From Candidatus Bruticola sp. (GTDB lineage Bacteria > Vulcanimicrobiota > Xenobia > Xenobiales > Xenobiaceae), in assembly GCA_051874735.1 (NCBI GenBank), contig JBJEGD010000022.1, forward strand, positions 402 to 64,401: a DNA stretch of 64,000 bases. The letters are read 5' to 3'. The notes under the pieces were generated by a model. It was not told the DNA's origin. It made no database searches and saw nothing but the letters and a program-made list of their open reading frames with translations. Made by a program: the position numbers and the translations under genes. Shown piece by piece: positions 48,092 to 57,721 of this stretch (positions are counted from its first letter, which is position 1; each line of letters begins with the position of its first letter).

Positions 48092-50563
48092 CTAGCCTTT
48101 TTCTTCCTTAATTCCACGACGATACAACTTAATAAGTTCATATTTACCTTTACGTATCTCAATAAGATAAATATCACGTATATCTAGCTGCCTAGCTAAA
48201 GAAAATGTTCCAGTAGCCCCCTTCCAACAAAGCCGGGCCTGAGGTTCTTTAGGATCAGCACCAATAGAATGCAGATAAGAACGCATTTCTTGGCGAGTCT
48301 TCACTCCATTTTTATAAGCACTCAACATAATATTAGCAGCATCAAAAGCGCTGGCATCCAAATGAGAAGGCGAGATACCTCCAAATAGACGCCGGAAACG
48401 CTCAGTATAACGTTTAGTCACCGGATCAGGACTGTCACAATGGAAATAACCAGACAGTATTAAACCATCTGCAGAACTTCCGCCCACAGATATTAAATCT
48501 TTCGTAAAGGGAGCGACTTGACTGGCGATGGGAACATCGATACCACGCGAACGCAATTCTTCAGCAAATAGAGCTAGCGGCGTGCCACGATGATCGGAAA
48601 AGAATATACAATCGACCTTATCTTGGACGAATTTATCTATAACACGGTCAAATTTTACGTTAGAGAAATAGACCTCAGATCCAATAAAGCCCCCCGCTTT
48701 TTTGAAGCTACTGCGGAAATAATCGGCAACATTGGCAGAAAGTACGCTATCCCTGTCAATAACTATACCAACGCGGCGGTAACCTTTTTTCACTAAATAG
48801 TCAGCAATAACACGACAACGTGCTGCATTAGTATCACTGGCAGTAAAAATACAAGGCCCTTGTTCCCAAATACCAGGAGCTGACACTACAGGAGTAAGAA
48901 TAGGCAGCTGAGCAGCATTAAAAAGGGGAGACAAGGCCAAAGAAAACTGTGAACTAAATGGGCCAATTACGCCTAAATACTCTTGATCGCCACTAATACT
49001 GCTGCATATACCGGCCGCAGTCTCCATACTAGAGCGATCGTCATAGATATCAATAACCGCTAATCGTCCATCTTTGGCTCCACCACTGCGATTAAAATCA
49101 TTTTGCGCCATAGCTATTCCGTAAAGCAGGCGGTAAGCTTCCGGAGCATTGGCTCCACTCAAAGTCATAAAAGCAGGCAGACGGAAGTACTTTTTGCCGC
49201 TCAAGTACACATTGACATTTTCCTTCATAATATGTGCTTCTGCGTCGCTAGGATGACGAGTGACCGCCTGCACCAAACAGACCATAGCTTTAGGCCAATT
49301 TTGCTGATTTATGTAAAGACGAGCTGTCTCTTTATCAGAATTAACTAATTCATAAGGTATATCAAACTCCCAGCTGTGACCATTTAAAACCGATAGCAAA
49401 CCGCCCCAAGCTCCCCAAATAAAAAGCAAACTGCAAACAATAATAAGAATAGTGGCGAGTTTAGAAGTAGAGGCAGCTCTAGGAGAGTGGACAACTAGAC
49501 TGCTGCTAGGATTGGCATTGGCGACCACCACATGATGCGGCCGGTTGATACTTTGAGCAGCCACACGGCAAAAAGACTCCGCTCTAAGTTCATCTTTGAG
49601 AATAGGATCATCGGAAGCTACAACGGAAAGTATAGCGATAAGCTCTTTAATGACCTGCCCCATATTTTGGCAGCGTTCACTAGGATTAACCTGCATACAC
49701 CACAACACCAACTTAGAAAAGTTGGGATTTATATTGGGACAGTAAGGTGATAATTGATGACGTCCATATATCGGTGACGGTGGCTTGCCAGTTAAAACAA
49801 AATAGAGAGTGGCGCCGAAAGAATAGATATCACTACGCACATCAGTTTGGCTGGAATCTTCCCAAACTTCTGGAGGAGCATATCCAACAGATCCTACAGC
49901 AGAAGTATCACGCTTTTTAGTGGGATCAAAAAAGCGAGCTAATCCGAAATCTATCAGCTTAATATGCCCATCAGAACTGATCATGACATTTTCAGGCTTA
50001 AGATCACGAAAAATAATTGGAGGCTGCTGACTGTGCAAATACTCTAGCACCTTGGCAATTTCTAGCCCCCAACGCAAAGCCTCAACTTCACTGGGTGGTC
50101 CATTCTCTTCCACTAACTGGGCTAAGTTGCAGCCTTGAATTTCTTCCATAAGCAGAAAAGTAGACTCACCTTCAGAGAAGAAGTCAACAATAACTGGCAG
50201 ACTGCGATGGATTAGAGAAGATAAGAGACGCGCTTCCCTTTCAAAGCTGCGCTTCGCTTCAGCTAGCTGCGACTTATCTGGGTAACGTAGTTCCTTAAGA
50301 GCCCAAAATTTTCCAGGTAACCGAAGATCGGTAACCCTGTACACAGCTCCGAATCCGCCTCTGCCTAAGAGCCCCACCACTTTATAACGTTTTTGCAGTA
50401 CAGTGCCATTACTAATCTGAGTAGATGAACTGCTCTCAATTTCCTTAATAAAGCCAGAAGTAGGCAGAGACATAGGGCCTGAAGCCATCGTAAATTCGGG
50501 CTGTTTCGGAGTTTTACCCTCAGTGAAGTTATTTTCTGCCAACTTTTTACTCCGTTTCTTCAA
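48092..50563 (-). CDS. Ser/Thr kinase - TM - periplasmic binding protein (LivJ-like) receptor
   Basis: GRGGFG, FRDLKPEN, DFG and GYAPPE motifs; one TM helix; PBP-type motifs GIAMAQ, GVIGPFSS, AFDAA and GATGTF. Confidence 0.93.
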   Translation of the reverse strand: MKKRSKKLAENNFTEGKTPKQPEFTMASGPMSLPTSGFIKEIESSSSTQISNGTVLQKRYKVVGLLGRGGFGAVYRVTDLRLPGKFWALKELRYPDKSQLAEAKRSFEREARLLSSLIHRSLPVIVDFFSEGESTFLLMEEIQGCNLAQLVEENGPPSEVEALRWGLEIAKVLEYLHSQQPPIIFRDLKPENVMISSDGHIKLIDFGLARFFDPTKKRDTSAVGSVGYAPPEVWEDSSQTDVRSDIYSFGATLYFVLTGKPPSPIYGRHQLSPYCPNINPNFSKLVLWCMQVNPSERCQNMGQVIKELIAILSVVASDDPILKDELRAESFCRVAAQSINRPHHVVVANANPSSSLVVHSPRAASTSKLATILIIVCSLLFIWGAWGGLLSVLNGHSWEFDIPYELVNSDKETARLYINQQNWPKAMVCLVQAVTRHPSDAEAHIMKENVNVYLSGKKYFRLPAFMTLSGANAPEAYRLLYGIAMAQNDFNRSGGAKDGRLAVIDIYDDRSSMETAAGICSSISGDQEYLGVIGPFSSQFSLALSPLFNAAQLPILTPVVSAPGIWEQGPCIFTASDTNAARCRVIADYLVKKGYRRVGIVIDRDSVLSANVADYFRSSFKKAGGFIGSEVYFSNVKFDRVIDKFVQDKVDCIFFSDHRGTPLALFAEELRSRGIDVPIASQVAPFTKDLISVGGSSADGLILSGYFHCDSPDPVTKRYTERFRRLFGGISPSHLDASAFDAANIMLSAYKNGVKTRQEMRSYLHSIGADPKEPQARLCWKGATGTFSLARQLDIRDIYLIEIRKGKYELIKLYRRGIKEEKG

Positions 50564-51830
50564 CAGGAACTCTGATAATTATAATTATACCGACGTCAGC
50601 TGAAGACTTTGCCTCTATAGTACCATTATGCTTGCGAACAACCTCTTGCACCAGCCCTAAACCGAAGCAGCTGCTCAACCCCGGATGAGAATTAGCAAAA
50701 AATGGTTCAAATAGCCTAGGCAGCTCATCTTTGGAGATTAGAGTGCTATTAGAAGAAAATTCCACCTGAATTTCTCCCTTACAATAGTTAGTATGGACTC
50801 TTACCAAAGGATTGACGGTATGCTCAATTTTGATTAAATCCCGCAAAAAAACCAAAATATTAGCAAAAGCCTGCGACCATTGGGTAGAATTAGCTCTAAC
50901 TTGAGGAAGTTCTGCGTATTTTACTCTAGCAGCAATTTTATTCTCAGCAAAATCATCACGCAGTAGCTCCAAACTATCGGCAACGACTTGGTTTATATCA
51001 GTAGAAGCTCTGACAAACTGAGAAAAGCTGACCTTATTTTCATTTTCAAGAGAAGTTCTGGAATAGACTAAAAGTTTTTCGATAATACCTTTGCACTTTT
51101 GAACGGCGTCTTGAATAATGTGTAAACGTCGGGAGTTTACAGGGTCGCCAGCAGTTCTTGATAAGCTACCAACCATAGTAAGTACAGCGCTGAGCGGTTG
51201 GCTAAGTTCATGCGCTACTCCAGCTGCTAAACGTCCCACTCCGGCTAAATGGCTCTCCTGAGCGACTTCCCCTTTGAGCATCTGAATTTCTTCGTGAGCC
51301 TTATTAAGAGCCTCTTCACGAACAAAACGAGGAGCCATCAAAGAAGCTACTGAAGCTGCTGATTTTAAAAGACTGCGCTCTAATTCACCGGGATTTTTTG
51401 TACTTTCCCAAGCGGCTACTATGACCCCACCACCAGAGTGACCGTGCCATACTGGTACCGCCATCATCCAGTGGCCTGAAGCTCTCGATTCAGCAGTTTC
51501 ACCAGTCTCCCAAGCTTGCTTTAGTAAATCTTTTACCATGCCTGGGCCAGTATCCTCAGCCGGAGTACCAGCTTTAGCAGCCAAGCGGAATCCAGTTTCT
51601 TCATGGCCAGGTTGCAAATAGAGAGTGCATCCATCAGCATTAATTTCATCTAAACACGCCTGACAAAGCAACTGAGCCTGACTGGAGAAGTCATCTGTAA
51701 CCAAAGGGGCTTCCTGAAGGGCCAAAAGACTGCGCTGATAAGCATCGCGCTTGCAGAGCAAATTATAAGACCACCAAGAGTAAAACAGAGCTAGCGAAGT
51801 GGCAGCCAGCCATACAATATAAATCAACAA
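50547..51830 (-). CDS. Membrane GAF-like sensor histidine kinase with a degenerate ATPase domain
   Basis: TM helix, GAF-like region, H-box GRLAAGVAHELSQPL, F-box LFEPFF; N, G1 and G2 boxes altered. Confidence 0.85.
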   Translation of the reverse strand: MLIYIVWLAATSLALFYSWWSYNLLCKRDAYQRSLLALQEAPLVTDDFSSQAQLLCQACLDEINADGCTLYLQPGHEETGFRLAAKAGTPAEDTGPGMVKDLLKQAWETGETAESRASGHWMMAVPVWHGHSGGGVIVAAWESTKNPGELERSLLKSAASVASLMAPRFVREEALNKAHEEIQMLKGEVAQESHLAGVGRLAAGVAHELSQPLSAVLTMVGSLSRTAGDPVNSRRLHIIQDAVQKCKGIIEKLLVYSRTSLENENKVSFSQFVRASTDINQVVADSLELLRDDFAENKIAARVKYAELPQVRANSTQWSQAFANILVFLRDLIKIEHTVNPLVRVHTNYCKGEIQVEFSSNSTLISKDELPRLFEPFFANSHPGLSSCFGLGLVQEVVRKHNGTIEAKSSADVGIIIIIRVPVEETE

Positions 51831-52097
51831 GGTTAAAAAGGAACCTCACAGCCTGTGTTTTTGCTTTAAACCTGTTTTTTCACACAGTCACTCCTCTTAT
51901 CCTTTTCTTTTGCGTACATATAGTTATCGTAAACTATATTCATTTTTTACCTTCCCTAAAGAAGTAGGCCAATAAAAATAGATCCACGTCACTATTTTTT
52001 CATTAATTTTATAGTTAAATTAGTATAAAGGCCTATGATATAAATTTGCCCAAAATTTTATAAAAAAGTTAACTGCACATTAACTGCCACTTTATTA

Positions 52098-53234
52098 TTA
52101 AACGGATTGGAGCAGGATGCGCAAATGCATCAAGACAAATAAATGGTGAGCTCTTTGGTAAAACCAATTAAGATGGCTGATTTGATGCTCTAAGGCGAAT
52201 GGCTCAGGTAGAACTTGAAATTCATTTTCCCAACTTAATAAACTTTCTACAAGAGGATCGCCGCTCTGCAGTTCTTCCCATACATTTTCATTTTCTAAAA
52301 TATAGCCTAGTTCATCGGCGACAGAGGCTAACCAGTTTGCACACTGTCTAAATAGCGAATGGTTTTTTATTAACTTTTGTTCTATATTGCGGCCTAAATC
52401 TAAGATATAGTGCAAATTGTAACTCGGCAATACACCGCTGCCCCAGCATAAATTCCAAGCTAAATTGGTATTGTGCAATAAATTATCAATATGAGCAGGA
52501 TATAGGCGTTTTAAATTAAGATCTTGTACACGTTTTAACTCATTCACTTGCTGAATTAAACAGCGACTATTTTTGGGAAACGGCAAAGGCCATTCGACCA
52601 TATCGCCAGCCCAAAAAACTTTAAATCGCGGCAACAACACTCCTAACTGACCGGAGGTGTGAGCGTCTGCGCCGATAAATTCCGCTTCTAAACCGCCTAA
52701 ATCGACTTTATCTCCCTCCTGCCAAATAGTGTCAGGAAGTTCTATAAAACTATTGGAAAAATTTTGACCATTTTTACCGTTTAAAAGTAGTTCTATTTCC
52801 TTTTTTTCCACAGCACGACACAAAGCATCAATAGTGGCAGACGAAGCACCTATGCGCAATTTATCTTTGAATATACGTTTAAACGGACGATTAGCCCAAG
52901 CATGATCCCAATCAGCATGCGTATTCAATAAATAGAAGTTTTGGGGGGTGAGTCCCTTAGAATGCCAGCGCTTTTTAACTGAAACTATAACTTCCTCAGC
53001 TAAATGCTCATCCCAACCGCTATCGATAAATAGAGCAGATTGTTTAGTAGTCAAAACATATACTAAGACTAAGTTATCCAACAAAAAGGAGCAAAAATCT
53101 AGACACCCCTGCTCCTCTGCCGCTAATGAATCAGTTAGCGAAAACTCTCGACAACGACCGCTCAATGATGGTGTTCCCTTTCTGTTCTGGGAATATTTTT
53201 TATGGAACAGATATAGCTTCTCCGACCCCTCCAC
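52098..53234 (-). CDS. Metallo-beta-lactamase-fold hydrolase
   Basis: IDSG, THADWDH, AHT, AGD and PAH motifs. Confidence 0.85.
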   Translation of the reverse strand: MEGSEKLYLFHKKYSQNRKGTPSLSGRCREFSLTDSLAAEEQGCLDFCSFLLDNLVLVYVLTTKQSALFIDSGWDEHLAEEVIVSVKKRWHSKGLTPQNFYLLNTHADWDHAWANRPFKRIFKDKLRIGASSATIDALCRAVEKKEIELLLNGKNGQNFSNSFIELPDTIWQEGDKVDLGGLEAEFIGADAHTSGQLGVLLPRFKVFWAGDMVEWPLPFPKNSRCLIQQVNELKRVQDLNLKRLYPAHIDNLLHNTNLAWNLCWGSGVLPSYNLHYILDLGRNIEQKLIKNHSLFRQCANWLASVADELGYILENENVWEELQSGDPLVESLLSWENEFQVLPEPFALEHQISHLNWFYQRAHHLFVLMHLRILLQSV

Positions 53235-54315
53235 CGTTTACATGCAACTCAACATCATCAGCAGCTTCTCTATCACCGTCATTAAGCCCTATATTTACTG
53301 ATTGTGGTTCAACCGTTTCATAATCAGCAGCAGGTACTTCGCTACTGTCATCACTAACACTTTCTGCGGCAGAATCAGGGTTGTTATCTTCAAAAGCAGT
53401 ATCCACTGCAGGCTTAGAGAGGCTATCCTCATAAACACCGCGGTCTACAGCCGCATTATCCGTATTATTCTCCGCTCCATCACTGTTATTATTATCTGCC
53501 GCCCGCACCTCCTCAACAGCGCTGTCATAAGGTACCGACTTACCATCTAAATTTGAAGAGGGAAGTTTAGGAGATATTTCATACTCCTTTATAAAAACGT
53601 TTTTAAAACGCACATCTATAATATCAATTTTTTTATTTTTCATTCGAAATTGATCGAGTAAAGTACGAACAATTTCAAGTTTAATATTCAGATTATCCAA
53701 ATTGCCAATCTTTATGAGAGTTTCATGGTCCAAAAAATCTATGCAAATACTTATACTTTGAATACTATCAATAGCATAATAGATAGGCTTTATACTGAGA
53801 GCTTTCTCTATTTCATGAGCGGCCCTAAGAACGACGCTGATGAGCGCATTGTTCATCTGCCCCAGTTTAGGAATAATGAAGTCGACTTTTAAACGCGGCA
53901 GATTGCTGAAACCGGGGCGTTCTTTGCTCAATATACATCCCTCACTATCGGTCAACAACCAATATATGGGATCATGTTCAGAGCTAACTAGTACTACTGG
54001 AGTACGCTCTTTTACTTTAATGACTACCAAACCGCGTCTTTCTAACGAAATAGAATTTTCTAAAATGGCCGGATCCTTCAGAGGGTGAGTTCCACTATTC
54101 AAAAGTGAAGCCCAATAATAAAGCCCCACCTTGTAAGGCGATTGACTAATTATTTCATCGTTACTGAAAAGATTATTGCCTTCAACCCGAATCTGCGAAA
54201 TTTTGAATACAGGCGAAAGAAGAAAGACGCCCTGCGCTAAGCAGAAAAAAATGATTAAGATTACCCTCGATACCAGCCGCACAGAATAATTGGAAGGCAA
54301 GTGCATAGAAGACAA
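53200..54315 (-). CDS. ftsQ: Cell division protein FtsQ/DivIB
   Basis: TM helix then POTRA domain (FKISQIRVEGN, IKVKERTP), IDVRF motif, and dcw position; long acidic tail. Confidence 0.85.
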   Translation of the reverse strand: MSSMHLPSNYSVRLVSRVILIIFFCLAQGVFLLSPVFKISQIRVEGNNLFSNDEIISQSPYKVGLYYWASLLNSGTHPLKDPAILENSISLERRGLVVIKVKERTPVVLVSSEHDPIYWLLTDSEGCILSKERPGFSNLPRLKVDFIIPKLGQMNNALISVVLRAAHEIEKALSIKPIYYAIDSIQSISICIDFLDHETLIKIGNLDNLNIKLEIVRTLLDQFRMKNKKIDIIDVRFKNVFIKEYEISPKLPSSNLDGKSVPYDSAVEEVRAADNNNSDGAENNTDNAAVDRGVYEDSLSKPAVDTAFEDNNPDSAAESVSDDSSEVPAADYETVEPQSVNIGLNDGDREAADDVELHVNGGGVGEAISVP

Positions 54316-54425
54316 CGTCTGTTTTCCTCTCTTATTGAAGACTGATAATCAATTTTAGAATAAAAGAGGACATTAACCGCTATAAATTTAGCAGCCAGTC
54401 CTCATAGAATTTCCTAATACTTAAA

Positions 54426-55868
54426 TCAATTAATACAAGAATGTGAAGAAGTAAGACACTCAGCGCAACTAGCCGCACATTTATTGATATCGCCAGCCCC
54501 TAAGAAAAGCACAATATCTCCCGCCCGACAGTTGCAATTAACATACTTTACGACATCGGCTGGAGATGGAGTATATACAACATCGTGAGGAGAGGTTAAT
54601 TTCTGTTTTTGTACTCCCTCTACAATGTCTTTGGCACTAACTCCGTTAGGCTGCTCACCAGCGGAATAAATATCTGTAACTAGAAGAACATCAGCTCCAC
54701 CAAAGATCGAGCAGTACTCCTTCTGAAAAAATTTGGTGCGCGTATAGCGGTGAGGCTGAAATACAGCGATAATCCGCTTAGCTTCACCAGTGCGAGCTGC
54801 TTCTATAGCGGCCTTAATTTTACTAGGATTATGGGCGTAATCGTCAACAAGGGTCACGCCATCGAACTCTCCCAAAACTTGGAACCGACGCTGCACTCCT
54901 CTAAAGGCAGCCATATAGCGAGAGATATCCTCAAACTTTAAGCCGATCTCTAAACCGATAGCAATAGCAGCTAAAGCATTTTGAATGTTGTGGCGACCAG
55001 GGACTCGCAGAATAAGCTTTCCTAAAACTTGTCCTCTGCGCACGACCACACATTTGGAAGCGTAATTGGCGAAAGTTATGCTGACAGCTCGCACATCGTT
55101 ACCTTCATCGAGTCCATAAGTAACAACTTTGCGCCTAACTTGTGGAATCAGCGAGCGCACTCCCTCATGATCGCCACACATTACGACAAATCCATCTTCA
55201 GCTACCCTATGAGCGAACTGCAAAAATAGCTCTTCCACACGCTGTCCCATTTTATCATGATCGTAACCACAATCGCAGTAAGCTTTAGTTGAAAGATTTA
55301 CATCCGGATCGATACTAGTAATGACCGCAGCATAAGGAGAGAGATCAACAAAAGACGCATCTGATTCATCGGCCTCAGCCACTAAATAGGGGCCTTTTCC
55401 CAACTTAGCATTTGAACCGATATCGTTAATTTCACCGCCTACTACAACAGTAGGATGCAATCCAGCCTCTTCTAGCAGGGTTGCGATCATTGATGTTGTG
55501 GTAGTTTTGCCATGAGTACCTGCAACTGCAATTCCTTTAGTCGGCTTCATGAGCAAACTCAGCATATGACCGCGCTGCACAATTAAAATGTTGCGTTTTT
55601 TGGCTTCAACAACTTCCGGATTATCAGCGGGAACAGCTGAAGAGACAACTACAACGTCTGTCTCGGCAGGAATATTATCAGCACTATGACCGCAGAAAAT
55701 TTTGGCGCCCAATTCTTCCAAGCGCTGGGTTATACGCGAAATTTTCAAGTCTGAGCCAGAAACACTATGCCCCATCTGCAGCAAAATACGAGCGATACCG
55801 CTCATTCCAATTCCACCGATGCCGACAAAATGGGCATGTTTAAAGTCTAACATCACATTATCTATCAT
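54426..55868 (-). CDS. murC: UDP-N-acetylmuramate-L-alanine ligase
   Basis: GIGGIGMSG, AGTHGKTTT, EADESD, DDYAHNP and FQPHRYTRT motifs. Confidence 0.97.
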   Translation of the reverse strand: MIDNVMLDFKHAHFVGIGGIGMSGIARILLQMGHSVSGSDLKISRITQRLEELGAKIFCGHSADNIPAETDVVVVSSAVPADNPEVVEAKKRNILIVQRGHMLSLLMKPTKGIAVAGTHGKTTTTSMIATLLEEAGLHPTVVVGGEINDIGSNAKLGKGPYLVAEADESDASFVDLSPYAAVITSIDPDVNLSTKAYCDCGYDHDKMGQRVEELFLQFAHRVAEDGFVVMCGDHEGVRSLIPQVRRKVVTYGLDEGNDVRAVSITFANYASKCVVVRRGQVLGKLILRVPGRHNIQNALAAIAIGLEIGLKFEDISRYMAAFRGVQRRFQVLGEFDGVTLVDDYAHNPSKIKAAIEAARTGEAKRIIAVFQPHRYTRTKFFQKEYCSIFGGADVLLVTDIYSAGEQPNGVSAKDIVEGVQKQKLTSPHDVVYTPSPADVVKYVNCNCRAGDIVLFLGAGDINKCAASCAECLTSSHSCIN

Positions 55869-55974
55869 TTAAGAACAATCCTTTGATTATGGCACCTTCA
55901 AATCTTATTCAGATAAGGAAGGCACATAAGTATTTTTTACCAGTTTTCAAAACTGCCCTCCCCGTTCCACTTAA

Positions 55975-57504
55975 TCATCGAATTTTGGGCAAAGCTTTTA
56001 AACGATTATGAGAGATAACCTGTAAAATCTGAGCTATTACAGCCTCAGAGGCTCGCGGCCTACCTAAATTTCCAGAAGCAACGGCCATCTTTTTAAGTTC
56101 ATCCTCATCATTCAGGAGCGATAATAAGCTACCTGATAACTCAGATTCAATTTGATTGTCCAAAATCACTTTAGCTGCTCCATTCTTTTCCAGCACGCGA
56201 GCATTGGCTTCCTGATGATTTTCAGCAGCATAAGGGTAAGGAACTAATATCGAAGGCAACTTTCGAGCCGTAACCTCCGCTAAAGTTGTAGCTCCGGCAC
56301 GACATATAACTAAATCGGCTGCACCGTAAACAGAAGCCATATCATCCGTATAGGCCATTGGTCGATAATCGATACGACGACCTGACACCAAATCGCCGCT
56401 GCGCGAGCTTATCTCATCAATATGTTTCTGTCCCGTTAAATGGATTAATGTCAAATCCATATCGAGTAAAGTTGGCAATAAAGCTAAAACAGCCTTATTC
56501 AAACTAGCAGCTCCCTGGCTGCCTCCAACTACGGCTACACATTTTCTCTCAGCAGGAATATTGAGCGCTTGTCTAGCCTCAGCGCGTCCTTTTAGTAAAA
56601 TAGAGGTTCGCACCGGATTGCCAGTCATAACCAATTTTGAAGGTTCAACACCAGTATAATTACCGGGTAGCGAGACACAAACTCTTTGTGCGAAACTGGC
56701 AATTAGTTTAGCCGATTTCCCCATAAAAGCGTTCTGCTCCATAAGCAAAATGGGTATATCTAAACAAGCAGCCGCCAACGACACTGGAACAGAAACATAT
56801 CCGCCAGAAGCAACTAAAATGTCAGGTTTGAAAACAAGAAGATGGTACAAACTTTCAAAGAAACCAAGGCCCATTTTACAAACAGCTATCAATTTATCTG
56901 ACCAACTGCCGCTCAATCCCTGAGCGTGAATATTTCGCAAACGGAAGCCTAACCTTTCCGCTATGCTACGACCGACTCCCTTATAAGCATCGAAAAAGAG
57001 CGTCTGAACTCCCCCACCTCCCCGCATAACTTCCGCTACCGCCAAAGCAGGGTACAGATGTCCACCTGTGCCGCCTCCAGCGAAAGCAACCTTAAGCGGC
57101 TTAACTCCAACTTGAGCTTTAAATGGAAATACTGCTGCAGATGGATTGATAAAACCAGGATGCATAGCAATGCCTGGCCTTATAACAGCCTGGTTAGCCC
57201 CGATATAAGCGCTATTAGCAACTTTTTGCTGTAAAGGAGTTTGACTACTAAGCGAAGGAGTGTTGACCGGAACAGACACCTCTAAACTAGAGGTGCTCGG
57301 TCTATCGGCATTCGAAGACACAACCTTACTGCCTAGCACCTCTGAAGAAGCAGACAACGCGGCCTGACGAGTACCAAAAGCCTTAGCAATAGTCTTTGCA
57401 ACTTCCGGAGATAACTTCAAAGGACGAACTGACGAACTAATTTTCTCATCGTTACTGAGAATTTGATCATCTTTATCTTTTGGCACAATTATCGCACCCC
57501 TCAA
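55975..57504 (-). CDS. murG: Lipid II GlcNAc transferase MurG with an N-terminal extension
   Basis: GGGTGGHLYP, GGYVS, GNPVR, GGSQGA, RAGATT and HQEANA motifs. Start is uncertain. Confidence 0.95.
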   Translation of the reverse strand: MRGAIIVPKDKDDQILSNDEKISSSVRPLKLSPEVAKTIAKAFGTRQAALSASSEVLGSKVVSSNADRPSTSSLEVSVPVNTPSLSSQTPLQQKVANSAYIGANQAVIRPGIAMHPGFINPSAAVFPFKAQVGVKPLKVAFAGGGTGGHLYPALAVAEVMRGGGGVQTLFFDAYKGVGRSIAERLGFRLRNIHAQGLSGSWSDKLIAVCKMGLGFFESLYHLLVFKPDILVASGGYVSVPVSLAAACLDIPILLMEQNAFMGKSAKLIASFAQRVCVSLPGNYTGVEPSKLVMTGNPVRTSILLKGRAEARQALNIPAERKCVAVVGGSQGAASLNKAVLALLPTLLDMDLTLIHLTGQKHIDEISSRSGDLVSGRRIDYRPMAYTDDMASVYGAADLVICRAGATTLAEVTARKLPSILVPYPYAAENHQEANARVLEKNGAAKVILDNQIESELSGSLLSLLNDEDELKKMAVASGNLGRPRASEAVIAQILQVISHNRLKALPKIR

Positions 57505-57721
57505 AAAAATTGAACTGTGGCCTAGTATTGGTCAAAGCTGAGTCTACTTCCTGGCTAAAGGTTCGCTTTTTACCTCCATGTAAAAAAGAAAAACCGTTTA
57601 AGTGCATATTTTTTATCTTTATTTGTGTATTCTAATGACAATCATTATTATAAGGCGAGTATTTTACTGCAGGATTGTCTGCTGTGCCAAGCAGATTGAT
57701 TATTTTTTTAACTTAATAAAA

